The notes under the pieces: model-generated | What the model was told of the DNA's origin: nothing | The model's database searches: none | Seen by the model: only the letters and a program-made list of their open reading frames with translations | From: Candidatus Multivoradales bacterium | GTDB taxonomy: Bacteria; Acidobacteriota; Thermoanaerobaculia; Multivoradales; J023 | DNA: 64,000 nt | Reading direction: 5' to 3' | Assembly: GCA_965248925.1 (NCBI GenBank) | Contig: CBDFLE010000005.1 | Location: forward strand, 864,001-928,000 | Made by a program: the position numbers and the translations under genes | Part shown: one piece after another, positions 20,517 through 31,143 of the stretch | Numbering within the stretch: the stretch's first letter is position 1 | Layout of the letters: each line of letters begins with the position of its first letter

Positions 20517-21434
20517 CTGTTTCTTGGGGTTCCGGTGTGGTCCGGGGAGCGCATCGGTGTCGATCACGACCGCGATGGTTGGTTTGATGGCGACGAAATG
20601 GCCGCCGGTAGCGACCCGACTGACCCAGACTCCAACAATGATGGCTTCTGGGACCTCTGCGACTGCACCGCGCCGCCTCCGGGCTGCGCCGGTCAACCTA
20701 CCCCCCAAGTAATCCTCAGTTCGGTGAAGGGCTGGCTGGTGACCACCAATGTGTTCAAGCTCACCTATGAGACCGACGGCCTGTCATCCACCCGAATCGA
20801 ATTCGGTCCCGACTCGAACTACGGCTTCTTCTCTGGCGAGTCGCAGCCGTTGCCGGCCGGCAGCAACCATTGGAAGACCCGCCACACCGTTTTCCTAAGA
20901 CTCGACTCAACCCAGGGGCTTCTTGGCCTAGACGACGGCTCCTTCTTTGCGATCCAGATCCTCACCGAGGGACAGAACGGCAGCAGCGGCCAGAGTGGCA
21001 ACATCACCCTGGTCGATTCGGCGATCGGGCCGATTCCGATCTTCACCGTCGCCGACAACTCCGATCCCAACATCCGAGTTGGCGACTTGGTGGTCACCGC
21101 ACAGCGCAATGGCGCCATGGCCGACTACACCGCGGTGGTGACGATTATCGACAACGACGGCGTCGTCCAGCAAGGCATCGAAGTCGCAGGCAGGTACACC
21201 TACTTCGACAGCTTGGGCAACATCACCCAGGAATTCCCGGCCCTGGCGATCACCGACCTGGCTGGCCAAGTGACCCTCCCTGGCAGCGCCCTGCAGTCAG
21301 TCGGCGACCGTACTGTTTTCGACCTGCCGATGTCCATCAACGGTGGTTCCAGCGTCAAGGATCCGGCCGTCGCGTTGAAGAAGTTCTTCGCCTGGCCCGA
21401 GGGACCCAGCAACTGGGAACTCACCGCGCCCTGA
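20517..21434 (+). pseudogene. Orphan 3' fragment of a large exported protein, truncated by the IS4
   Basis: Frame starts exactly at the IS end, lacks its own start/RBS, begins mid-motif (LFLGVPVWSGERIGVDHDRDGWFDGDE..GSDPTDPDS) and continues with Ig/FnIII-like beta-rich sequence. Confidence 0.65.
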
Positions 21435-21590
21435 AGCACCGGTGAGCTACCTTAGCGGCGGGCGATGCACCCTTGGGTGCCACGAAAAGGAATACCTCCG
21501 CGTCACTCTCGGTCTCTTGGCAGAAACCAGGTGTCCCCTGCGGCTCAGGGCTGCGCAGGCACAGCGTCCCGCCTGCTAAGCTCCGCGGCC

Positions 21591-22301
21591 ATGGATATGA
21601 ACGCCCCTGATCTGGCCCTTGGCCTGGTTTGGTTTATCGTCTTCTTGTTCTCCACCACCCTGCACGAGGCGGCGCATGCCTGGAGCGCCTTGCGGCTGGG
21701 AGATCCCACCGCTTACCACGGCGGCCAGGTGACTCTGAACCCGCTGCCACACATTCGCCGCGAGCCCTTCGGCATGGTGCTGGTGCCGATCCTGACTTAC
21801 GTCATGTCCGGCTGGGCGATGGGTTGGGCGAGTGCCCCCTACGATCCGGAATGGGCGGAGCGCTATCCCAAACGCGCGGCGCTGATGGCCTTGGCCGGGC
21901 CGCTGTCGAATCTCAGTCTGGTGTTCTTTTCGGCCCTGGCGATCCGCGTCGGCATCGCCACCGGTGCCTTCTACGCCCCCGATTCAGTGATGTTCTCGCA
22001 GATCACCGCCAGTACCGAGCCCGGCGCGCTGGCCGCCGTGGCCACCTTGCTCAGCGTGGTGTTCTCCCTCAACATGATTCTCTTCACCTTCAATTTGCTA
22101 CCTCTACCTCCCCTCGATGGCAGCGCCATCTTGCCACTGGCGATGAGCCACGAAACGGCGACGCGCTGGCGCAGCTTCATCAGCCAACCCTCGATGTCGC
22201 TGCTCGGCATCATCATCGCTTGGAAGATCTTTGGTGCGGTCTACGGCCCGCTCCACCTGCTGGCGATTAACCTGCTCTATCCCGGCTTGCAGTACGGCTA
22301 G
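21591..22301 (+). CDS. Site-2 protease (M50 family)
   Basis: HEAAH, LAGPLSN, FNLLPLPPLDG; start at ATG 21591. Confidence 0.93.
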   Translation: MDMNAPDLALGLVWFIVFLFSTTLHEAAHAWSALRLGDPTAYHGGQVTLNPLPHIRREPFGMVLVPILTYVMSGWAMGWASAPYDPEWAERYPKRAALMALAGPLSNLSLVFFSALAIRVGIATGAFYAPDSVMFSQITASTEPGALAAVATLLSVVFSLNMILFTFNLLPLPPLDGSAILPLAMSHETATRWRSFISQPSMSLLGIIIAWKIFGAVYGPLHLLAINLLYPGLQYG

Positions 22302-24403
22302 TGGCTTCGCCGTCGACGACCGCGAGCCTCGGGGCAGCTGCGACCACACATGGCGGCATGGCCCTTCGCCGTCAGCGGCTAGCCCTCGGTGGGCTGTTTG
22401 TCGCCGCGTTCCTCCTCCGCCTGCTCTATCTGCTGGAAGCGCGCTCTCTACCCCTCTTTCATCACCTGATCTCCGATGGCCGTGCCTACGTCGCCTGGGC
22501 CGACGCGATTCGCGCCGGAGATCTGTGGAGTAGCGGCCAGCAGGTGTTTTACCAAGCGCCCCTCTACGCCTATACGCTGGCGGCAATCCGCACTTTGTTT
22601 GGCGACAGCCTGTGGGCGATTCGACTCTGCCAGGCAGCGGCCGGGGCGGTGGCTTGTGTCTTGCTGGTGATCGCCGGTCGCCGCTGGTTTGATCGGCAGA
22701 CCGGTTGGATCGCCGGCATTGCTCTGGCTCTCTATGCGCCAGCGATCTTCTTCGATGGAGTGATCAATAAGGCTAGCTTGGCGCTGCTGGCCTCGGTCGT
22801 AGTCATCAGCCTAATGGGCCATTTCAGCGGCACGCCACGGCCCAACACTTGGGCCGCAGCAGGCCTGGCGCTGGGCTGGTTGATTCTTCTGCGCGAGAAT
22901 GCCTTGTTGCTGGTGCCGGTGTTTTGGCTGTGGCTGTGGACCGGGCCGGACGCCGACAACCGCGGCTGGCGCCACCATCGTGGCCGTTGCGCGCTGCTCT
23001 TGGCCACCGGATTAGCCGTTGTTTTGCTGCCGGTCGCGGTGCGCAACCTGGTGATCGGCGGCACCTTCACCCTGACTACCGTGCAAGCGGGACCGAACCT
23101 GTGGATCGGCAACAACCCTCAAGCAGAAGGCACTTACCGCCCTCTGGTGACTGGGCGCAGCGACACCCCCTTCGAACGCGCCGACGCCGTGCGGCTGGCC
23201 GAACAAGCCCTTGGCCGTGAGCTGTCGCCACGGCAGGTCTCACGCTATTGGACATCTCGCGCCTGGGACTTCGCCCGCGCCGAGCCCGTCGCTTGGCTGC
23301 GCTTGACCGGCCGCAAACTACTGATGGTGCTGCATCGCTAAGAGCAGCCCGACGGCGAGGATCTCACCCTCTACGCCAGCCGTAGCCGGCTGCTCCGCTG
23401 GCTCGGTTGGGTTGGCCACTACGGCGTGGTCATACCGCTGGCGGTGGTCGGTTGGATGGTTTGTTGGCCGCGATGGCGGCGCCTCTGGCCCCTCGGTCTC
23501 ACTACCCTGGTGCTGCTCGGCAGCGTCGCCCTATTCTTTGTCTTTGCCCGTTATCGTCACCCGGCCCTACCTCCGTTACTGCTCTTCGCCGCTGCTGGGG
23601 TTACTGGTCTCGGACCAGCCTGGCGGCAATCCCGCCGCCGTGTCGCGGCCGCGCTGGCCGCCGGCATGGTGGCAGCAGTGCTGGCCAACGCACCCTTCGA
23701 CTTTGGCCAACGCCGCAATGGCGCCATGGCGAAGAACAATCTCGGCACCGCCCTAGCGGCGGAGAGTCGTTGGCCGGAAGCGGCGGCGGCCTACCGCGAC
23801 GCCCTGGCCATCGACCCCGAGCTGCTGGAAGGGCACCTCAACCTGGGAAGTACTCTACTTGCCATGGGTCAGAATGATGCCGCGATAGAGCATCTCGAGG
23901 TCGCCTACCGCCGGTCAACCAACGACGCCGATGTTGCCCACCAGTTAGGCGCCGCCCTCGCCCAACGCGGCGATTTGGCGCGGGCAGAACCGGTACTTCG
24001 CCAGGCCCTCGCCCTGCGCCCAGCTTCTGTGCCAGCAGTGCTCGACCTCAGCTGGGTACTCCGCGGTCGAAATGAACTCGACAGAGCGCTGCAAGTAGTT
24101 CGCCAAGGGCTGCAACTAAATCCAGGCGAAGCCTCCTTGGCCCTGCGCTTGGCAGCACTTTTATTGCAACGGCCAGAACGCTCCGCCGAAGACCTCAAGC
24201 AAGCTATCCGCCTGGGCCTGGCGGGGTGCGCGGCCACCGGCTACCGCAACCGCGATGCACTGCGCATCACCCACGCCGCTTTGGTCGCCGCCGACCGCGG
24301 TGAGCGGGCAAGAGAGCTGGCGCAACAAGCCCTCGACATCGCCATCTCCAACGGAGATAGAGCATCGGCCGAAGAGCTGCGGCAAGTGCTCGAGTCCTTT
24401 TGA
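22301..24403 (+). pseudogene. GT-C (ArnT/GT39-like) membrane glycosyltransferase + TPR, interrupted by an in-frame TAA
   Basis: ORFs 22301-23341 and 23426-24403 share one frame (...HR*EQPDGED...); TM-rich N-half with FYQAPLY, GPNLWIGNNP, FARYRHP; TPR C-half. Confidence 0.8.
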
Positions 24404-24607
24404 TCCAGCAGATAATAGCTTCACTGAACAAGTGAACGAAGTGCATGAATGTGTTAGGGTACGCTCACAGTTAAGCAAAATTTGGACCCGCCTGGTCTGC
24501 GTTCAGTCGCCATCGGGCTCGAGCGAGGGAGTCTTGCTCCGGCTGGGTGTGCGGCTTTGGCGCCGAGGCTGAAACAGGAACTACTGTCGGACGACGACGG
24601 AGATGTA

Positions 24608-25264
24608 ATGAAGAAGACTTCTGTATTGGCGCTCGCAGCGCTAGCGATGTTGTGCCTCGCCGGCTGGGCACTGGCCGATCAGTTCACAACCGGTGACGCG
24701 GCGATCGCCATTCCTGACAACACTGGAACGGTAGTCACCTGCCAGAGCCTGACGGTGCCTGCCAGCTTGATCATCGCTGACACCCCTTCGGTGCGGATTC
24801 AGACTGACCACAGTTGGGTTGGCGATCTCACCTACGAGCTGCGCGGGCCGCTCAACACTCTCACCGTGGTCAACCGGCCCGGCCGCAATGGCGCCGGTGC
24901 TGGCGACTCGAGCGATTATGCGGCCGCCACCCCGCTGATGCTCGGCGCGATGGCTCCCTCGGGCGTCGATGCTGAAGAGATTGGTAACGACTCGGCCGCT
25001 GGGGACGCGGCCTGCGGCGGCGGTGATGCGATCGGCACCAACGACTGTACCGACAACTTCTTGCCCAACCCGGATGCCAGCGACAGCCCAGTAGCTGGTC
25101 TTGGCACCGACTTCAGCGACTTCACCGGCACTGACGCGGTCGGCGTGTGGATGCTCTGCGTTGGCGACTCAGCGGGTGGCGACACCGGCACCCTGGTCAG
25201 CTGGACCTTGGGCTTCAACAGCATGTCCGTACCGGTTGAGCTGCTGTCGTTCTCGGTCGAGTAG
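24608..25264 (+). CDS. Exported protein with proprotein-convertase P-domain-like fold and C-terminal PVELLSFSVE tail
   Basis: Signal peptide MKKTSVLALAALAMLCLAGWALA; AIPDN, HSWVGDL, GVWMLCVGDSAGGDTGTLVSWTL. Confidence 0.8.
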   Translation: MKKTSVLALAALAMLCLAGWALADQFTTGDAAIAIPDNTGTVVTCQSLTVPASLIIADTPSVRIQTDHSWVGDLTYELRGPLNTLTVVNRPGRNGAGAGDSSDYAAATPLMLGAMAPSGVDAEEIGNDSAAGDAACGGGDAIGTNDCTDNFLPNPDASDSPVAGLGTDFSDFTGTDAVGVWMLCVGDSAGGDTGTLVSWTLGFNSMSVPVELLSFSVE

Positions 25265-25297
25265 CACTAGCTAACGATCAGCACGCACTAGCAAGAG

Positions 25298-25327
25298 CAG
25301 CGTCCCGTACTAGCGGGCGCTGCTTTT
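25298..25327 (+). terminator. Rho-independent terminator
   Basis: gcagcg(t)cccg-tactag-cgggcgctgc stem followed by tttt. Confidence 0.7.
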
Positions 25328-25348
25328 GTGTTTCTATCAAAGAGAATC

Positions 25349-26986
25349 ATGAAGCGGATTGGCCCTTACTGCTGGCTCCTCGTCGCCCTGACCCCGCTGC
25401 TGGCCTGTGGCGGTGGCGCCACGCCGCGGCGAGCGGCGGCCGTCGACCTGCGTCCTTGGCCCGCACCCACACTCGCCCATCTCGAGCCCGGAGTTCGCGC
25501 GCAGCTCACCGAGATCCGCCAAGAGGTCACCGCTCTGCTTGCCGAGCTGCCGGCGACTGCTGCGGAGGGCGAACAGCGGCCGGCAGCTCGGCAAGCGGTA
25601 GGGGAAGCCTTCGCCAACCTCGCGCGCCACTATCACGCCTATGAGTTGTGGACCGCGGCTGAGCCAAGCTACGACAACGCCCTGCGGCTGCTGGGTCCCG
25701 ATCCGCGCTTGCACTACCAGCTCGGTCAGTTGCATCTGTCCCGCGGCTTGCCGGACCAGGCTGTCGTCGCCCTACGCCGCGCGATTGAACTCGACGCCAA
25801 CATCGCCATGGCCTGGGTCACTCTGGGCCGCGCCCTCGGTAAGGCCGGTCAGGGAGAAGAAGCGGCGGCGGCTCTCGATCGAGCACTCGACCTGCAACCC
25901 AGCGCCATGGCCCACTTCCTACGCGGGCGGGCAGCGACGGATGCTGAGCAGCCGGCGCTAGCCATCACCCACTTTCAGGCCGCCTTGCGGCTGCAGCCCG
26001 ACGCCTCGGCGATTCAACTGCCGTTGGCTCTGGCCTATCGCAGCCTCGGCGACCAGACCGCCGCAGAAGCCGCCGCGGCCCAACGCGGCGATCAGGTGGT
26101 GGTGGTCGACGATCCGTGGATGCTGGAAATTCAATCCCTGGCCAGCCATAGTTCCTCGGCTATCGCCAAAGGTACCACCAGCCTCCGCCGGGGCGATGGC
26201 AGGGCTGCTGCGGAACTTTTTCGCGAAGCCTTGCGCGACGATCCCCAGAGTGTTGCTGCTCAGGTTAACCTGGGCGCCGCACTGCTCCAACTAGGCCAGC
26301 TCGAAGAGGCGGCGGCCAGCACTCGCAAGGCCCTGGCCGCTGACTCACGCAACCCCAAAGCGCTCTATAATTTGGCTCAGATCGCGGTGCGCCGCGGCGA
26401 CGACAAGGTCGCGGTGGGCCATTATCGAGCAGCCCTAGAAACCGAGCCTGATCACTTCGATGGCCGCTTCAACTTGGCCAACGCCCTCTTGCGTCTGGGT
26501 CGCTTCGAAGACTGCGCCGTTGCCTATGGGTCCACCATCGAACTCATGCCGGAAAAGGCCGAAGCCTGGCTCGGAGAGGTGGTCTGTCTGACTCAGCTTG
26601 GCGATATGAGCGGCGCCCTACGACGCACCGCCGCGGGGCGATCCGTTGTGCAAGATGTTGCCTTGCTTGGCAATGCCGAAGCCCGACTGCTCGCCGCCGG
26701 CCCTGATCCAGAGCTGCGGGACGGCAACCGAGCGCTGGCCCTGGTTCGCCCGTTGATGGCGACCGATAGATCATCGGAATTGGCCGAGACCCTGGCCATG
26801 GCACTGGCTGAAACCGGGGACTTCAACGCTGCGATGAATTGGCAACGTCAGGCCATCGCGGCTGTTCGCCTGAGCCCTAGGCAGGATCTACTGCCCGGAC
26901 TCGAAGCCAACCTCGCACGTTACAAAGCCGGCCAACCCTGCCGCAAGCCATGGCGGGGCTCGGCCTTTGGGGGTCGTTGGAACTAG
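25349..26986 (+). CDS. TPR-repeat lipoprotein
   Basis: Lipobox LLAC; many TPR-like 34-aa repeats; C-terminal RDGNRAL...TLAMALAETGDF. Confidence 0.88.
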   Translation: MKRIGPYCWLLVALTPLLACGGGATPRRAAAVDLRPWPAPTLAHLEPGVRAQLTEIRQEVTALLAELPATAAEGEQRPAARQAVGEAFANLARHYHAYELWTAAEPSYDNALRLLGPDPRLHYQLGQLHLSRGLPDQAVVALRRAIELDANIAMAWVTLGRALGKAGQGEEAAAALDRALDLQPSAMAHFLRGRAATDAEQPALAITHFQAALRLQPDASAIQLPLALAYRSLGDQTAAEAAAAQRGDQVVVVDDPWMLEIQSLASHSSSAIAKGTTSLRRGDGRAAAELFREALRDDPQSVAAQVNLGAALLQLGQLEEAAASTRKALAADSRNPKALYNLAQIAVRRGDDKVAVGHYRAALETEPDHFDGRFNLANALLRLGRFEDCAVAYGSTIELMPEKAEAWLGEVVCLTQLGDMSGALRRTAAGRSVVQDVALLGNAEARLLAAGPDPELRDGNRALALVRPLMATDRSSELAETLAMALAETGDFNAAMNWQRQAIAAVRLSPRQDLLPGLEANLARYKAGQPCRKPWRGSAFGGRWN

Positions 26987-28776
26987 CTTCGGGGGCGACC
27001 CGCGCCGCGCTGGACAGCGTGATAGCGGCCCAACTCGAAAGGGCCAAATTCTTCAACCGCGCCGCCGATCCACCGCACCTCGATGGCGGTGACTTCAGGA
27101 TCGTCACCCAACCCCACCAAGACCCTGGAATCGCTGGCCGAGAGATAGCTACCATCGCTGTGCACCCGCCGCCACAGGGTCGGTCCCTGGCGCCGGTGGA
27201 TGCCGATCCGGGCACCAAGGGCGGTGCTCCCCGACGACACGACCACCACCAACCCCAGCCACGGCACCTCCTGGCCTAGCTGATTGAGCAGCAGGCGAGC
27301 GCGGCCACCATTGTTGGTCACCAGCAGATCGAGATCGCCATCGTTGTCGATGTCCGCCACGGCCAATCCACGCGAAGTGTCAGGCACCGCGAAGGCGGCC
27401 CCCGCCCGCTCCCCCACTTCCTCGAAAAACGCTTCCCCTGCGCCCTTGGGCCGCTGCAAGAAGAGGTGGTTGGGCTGGTACAGCGTTCCCCCCTCGCCAT
27501 CGGCCCGGCCGCTGAACAGCCGCACCGCGCCGCTAGCCACCACTAAATCGAGCCAACCATCGTTGTCAGCGTCCAGGAAGGCCGTGCCGAAATTGGTGAG
27601 AGACAGGCTTGGTGCCGCCAGCCCCACGGCACGGGTGCGATCGCGAAAAATGCCGCCGCCCTGGTTACTGTAGAAGGTATCGGTTTCGCTGGCCAAGTGA
27701 GTGACCAAGATCTCGTCGTCGCCGTCGCGATCGACATCCCCCACCGCGATCCCCATCGATCCTTCGCGGCTGCCGGCGCCATTGGTGGCGCAGCCGCTGA
27801 GCAGGGCATCATCGATGAAGGCTAGTTGTCTTTGTTCGCCACCCAGATTGCGCCAGAGGCGGTTGTCGCCGGTGTCGTTGGCAACGTAGATATCGAGCCG
27901 CCCGTCGCCATCGAAGTCCGCCGCGATCACCCCGAGACCAGGACCGCGAGTGGCGCCAAGTCCCGCCACTTTGGTAACATCGGTAAACGAAACTCGGCCT
28001 TCGGCGTCCGGCCCCAGGTTGCGATAGAGACGATCAACCAAAGCCGGATAGCTCGCCGGACCACAGTAGTCCCGCGCCGAGCTGGCGCTGTGGCAAGGCG
28101 GCGCATCAAACCTGAAACTAAGATAGGCAGCTACCACCAGATCGAGCCAGCCATCGCCGTCAAAGTCAGCCCAAGCAGCGCTGGTAGTCCAACGTGGATC
28201 GCCAAGGCCAGCGGCGACTGTGCCGTCGACGAAAGTGCCATTGCCTACCGCTAGCCACAGCCGATCCGCTCCACCGAAGACTGTCACGTAGAGGTCGTCG
28301 TCGCCATCCTGGTCGACGTCCCCCACCGCGACTCCCATGCTGTAGGAAGAACCCTCGATGCCACTCGCCTCGGTCGTGTCAGTAAAGCTCAGCTGACCCT
28401 TCGGTATCAACTCGTTGCGCAGCAAGCGGTCGCGGGGCGCTTGCCGCCGCCCCGGGTTCCCCGCGGAGTCAGCGCCGGCTTGCATCGCTTCGTGGTTTCC
28501 CTGCAACAGAAAGAGATCGAGATCTCCATCGCCATCGACATCCAACCAAGCCGCGCCACTGCCCATGATCTCCGCGGAGTGGAGTTTGCCGCTAGCACCG
28601 TTGACATGCTGAAAATCAATTCCAGCGGACCCAGTGACATCGCGGAAAATCTGCACCTCGGGTTCGAGATCGCCAATGCCAGTCGGACGCTCCGGTGGTG
28701 ACGACGGCCCACAGGCCAACACCATGCTGGTCACTAGGCAGCTGGCAAGAAATATCTGACACCGCGACTGAGACAT
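26983..28776 (-). CDS. CRTAC1/ASPIC-UnbV family FG-GAP lipoprotein
   Basis: Lipobox VLAC; repeated D-x-DGDG-x-LDL motifs; C-terminal ALGARI...SYLSASD...GLG. Confidence 0.92.
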   Translation of the reverse strand: MSQSRCQIFLASCLVTSMVLACGPSSPPERPTGIGDLEPEVQIFRDVTGSAGIDFQHVNGASGKLHSAEIMGSGAAWLDVDGDGDLDLFLLQGNHEAMQAGADSAGNPGRRQAPRDRLLRNELIPKGQLSFTDTTEASGIEGSSYSMGVAVGDVDQDGDDDLYVTVFGGADRLWLAVGNGTFVDGTVAAGLGDPRWTTSAAWADFDGDGWLDLVVAAYLSFRFDAPPCHSASSARDYCGPASYPALVDRLYRNLGPDAEGRVSFTDVTKVAGLGATRGPGLGVIAADFDGDGRLDIYVANDTGDNRLWRNLGGEQRQLAFIDDALLSGCATNGAGSREGSMGIAVGDVDRDGDDEILVTHLASETDTFYSNQGGGIFRDRTRAVGLAAPSLSLTNFGTAFLDADNDGWLDLVVASGAVRLFSGRADGEGGTLYQPNHLFLQRPKGAGEAFFEEVGERAGAAFAVPDTSRGLAVADIDNDGDLDLLVTNNGGRARLLLNQLGQEVPWLGLVVVVSSGSTALGARIGIHRRQGPTLWRRVHSDGSYLSASDSRVLVGLGDDPEVTAIEVRWIGGAVEEFGPFELGRYHAVQRGAGRPRS

Positions 28777-28789
28777 CTTCTTTATCTAT

Positions 28790-28844
28790 GTTCCTCGGCC
28801 ACCGTTCCTCGGCCACCGTTCCTTGATCACCGTTCCTCGATCAC
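28790..28844. repeat. 14-bp tandem repeat, about 4 copies
   Basis: gttcctcggccacc x2, gttccttgatcacc, gttcctcgatcac. Confidence 0.9.
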
Positions 28845-30013
28845 TTTTCCCCGATTACCGTCGCCAGCATGGCCTCGAAAGCAGCAGCCGAGCTTCTCAA
28901 GGAGTGCCTGGCGACCAACCAACGATGCGCTTTCTGGGCTTGTCTAGCCGCTGCTGGCGGATCGTCGAGTAGAGCGAGCAGCTGCTCGGCAAAGGCTTGG
29001 GAGTCCGCTGCGACGGCGAGTTCACCGCCCGAGAGATCGTCCAGGCCAGCCGCGCCGCCGAGGGTGGTCACCACCGGCAGCCCCTCCGCCATGGCTTCGA
29101 GGATCTTGATCGGCGTGCCCGACCCAGACCGCAGCGGCGCGATCGCCACCGCTGCTTGGCGCCGCAATTCAGCCAAGTCGGAGGGCTCGGCGATCAGTCG
29201 AATTCCTGATCTACCGTGAAGCCGCCGCTGCGCCCGGGTAGGCCGGCTACCGGCCAACCACAGCTCGGCATCGGGCCGCGCGCGGCGGATCCGCGGCCAC
29301 ACTCGGCGCAGCAACCAGGAAATACCCTCAACGGTGGGAAAATAACCTAGGTTGCCGGTCAAAATCACCCTGGGCTGTGACGGCTGGCGGGCTCGCGGCG
29401 AGGCCGCTAGGGGCAAACCCAGGGGAACTACTCGCAAGCGCTTGGCGACTTCAGGATGGCCCAACACGAGGGCCTGCCGATCGCGCTCGCTCACCACCAC
29501 CGCAGCCGCCGTTTGCTCTATCAGCCGGCGTTCCCAGCGCAGCATTCGCCGCCCTTCCCAATTCAAGAGTGGCCCGGCCCAGCGCTGGCGAGCGGCCCGT
29601 TGGGCCATGTTCAAACCTAGGCAGTCGACCAGATCGACCACTACCGGCACTGCCCCGCAGTCGCCGATCAAGGAACCCAAGCGAGCCAGTACCAGCACCA
29701 CCACATCAGGCTCGAAACGTCTTATTTCCAGCGCCAGTGCGCGGCGCAAACTAGGCAGGTGATACATCGCCACTTGCAACGGCCAGCGACCCAAGCCAGC
29801 GACCGCCGCAGCTGTCTGCTCAGTCCTGGTAATATCGACCCAGTGAGTCGCCAGAGGGCTCTCATGCTTGCCGGCCCGCTGGCCCACCGGCCGCGGCGCT
29901 AGCACCAAGCTCGGGTGGCGCTGGCACAGTTCGCCCACCAAGCCAGCCAGACGCATTTGGTACCCTCGCCGGGGTGGCCACGGCGAGGCGCTGCTCAACC
30001 ACAGAATTCGCAA
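28841..30013 (-). CDS. Glycosyltransferase family 4
   Basis: MRILWLS..PWPPRRG, APLRSGSGTPIKILEAMAEGLPVVTT. Confidence 0.92.
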   Translation of the reverse strand: MRILWLSSASPWPPRRGYQMRLAGLVGELCQRHPSLVLAPRPVGQRAGKHESPLATHWVDITRTEQTAAAVAGLGRWPLQVAMYHLPSLRRALALEIRRFEPDVVVLVLARLGSLIGDCGAVPVVVDLVDCLGLNMAQRAARQRWAGPLLNWEGRRMLRWERRLIEQTAAAVVVSERDRQALVLGHPEVAKRLRVVPLGLPLAASPRARQPSQPRVILTGNLGYFPTVEGISWLLRRVWPRIRRARPDAELWLAGSRPTRAQRRLHGRSGIRLIAEPSDLAELRRQAAVAIAPLRSGSGTPIKILEAMAEGLPVVTTLGGAAGLDDLSGGELAVAADSQAFAEQLLALLDDPPAAARQAQKAHRWLVARHSLRSSAAAFEAMLATVIGEK

Positions 30014-30171
30014 AGTCAGCGCGCCTCGATTATTGATCGTTGATAGAGCATCTGTATTCTCGGCTTGAGCCGCCGCCGAACCCCGACTAGCTGGCGGCGG
30101 ATGGTCCCGGCAAGAACGATGAAGAGCTTAGATTATTGGCGCCAGCCGCCAGCAGATTGTATGATCTAACC

Positions 30172-31143
30172 ATGCTCCCCGCAGCTGCTTTCTTGCCTTC
30201 GGCATCGGTTGTGATCTGCACGCGAAATCGCTCGCGGCAGCTTCTTGAGGCTTGTCAGGCAGTCGCCCGTATTGACTATCCAGAAGACCTCTGGGAGGTC
30301 TTGATCGTCGACAATTCCTCCACCGACGACACTCTCGAGGTAGCCCACGGGTTTGCCGCCGAGCACTCCGATCTGGTGCGGGTGGTGGTCGAGAAGGAAC
30401 TGGGACTCTCAGCGGCCCGCAACGCCGGCATCCGCCACACCCAGGGCGATATTGTGGCCTTCATCGACGACGATGCAATCCCCGAAGCGGGCTGGCTAAA
30501 GGCTCTCGCGGAAGCCCTGCAACTGCCCTCTGCGATGGCTGCAGGAGGGCCGGTGGACCCGATCTTCGCCGGTGACTTACCCGCTTGGCTGGATGAGCGC
30601 TACTTGCCCTACATGACCGTCTGGGACCTGGGTGCCGAGCGTCAGGAACTGAAATACAACGAGTACCCGCGCGGCGCCAACGTGGCCTTCCGCCGCGATG
30701 CCCTGCGGCGCTATGGCAATTTCAGTACCCACCTTGGCCGCAAGGGCAAATCCTTGCTGTCTTGTGAGGAAATCGAACTCTGCCTACGCCTCGAACGAGG
30801 GGGAGGCAAGATCTTCTACGTTCCGGGTGCCCGCGTCGGCCACCATGTCAACGCCGAACGGATCAGTGAAGATTGGATGCTCGACCGCTTCGGCGCCCAA
30901 GGCCGCTCGGAAGCGATCGTCGATTGGCAACACGGAGGGTTGGCCGGGCTGCGGTTGGGTAGACGCCGTTTCAGCCGCTATGCCCGCGAAGCTCGCAGCC
31001 AGCAGGGTCCGTCTGGCGACCTCAACCGCCGCTTGCAGAAGTGCTCGCTCAGAGCCTACACCTGGAGCGCCCTGAGTTGCCCACTGCGGGTGCCACGCTA
31101 CTGCCCCCCTGATCCGGTCCGGCCTTGGCTACCGTCCTTGTAA
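30172..31143 (+). CDS. Glycosyltransferase family 2
   Basis: SVVICTRNR, VDNSSTD, GLSAARNAG, FIDDD, GANVAFRR. Confidence 0.92.
   Translation: MLPAAAFLPSASVVICTRNRSRQLLEACQAVARIDYPEDLWEVLIVDNSSTDDTLEVAHGFAAEHSDLVRVVVEKELGLSAARNAGIRHTQGDIVAFIDDDAIPEAGWLKALAEALQLPSAMAAGGPVDPIFAGDLPAWLDERYLPYMTVWDLGAERQELKYNEYPRGANVAFRRDALRRYGNFSTHLGRKGKSLLSCEEIELCLRLERGGGKIFYVPGARVGHHVNAERISEDWMLDRFGAQGRSEAIVDWQHGGLAGLRLGRRRFSRYAREARSQQGPSGDLNRRLQKCSLRAYTWSALSCPLRVPRYCPPDPVRPWLPSL

Noticed and set aside
23339-23341. Recoding (Sec/Pyl or alternative genetic code) at the internal stop
   Set aside because: The codon is TAA, and TAA, TAG and TGA all terminate other genes normally here
28790-28844. Possible CRISPR array
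   Set aside because: 14-bp head-to-tail units with no spacers and no cas genes
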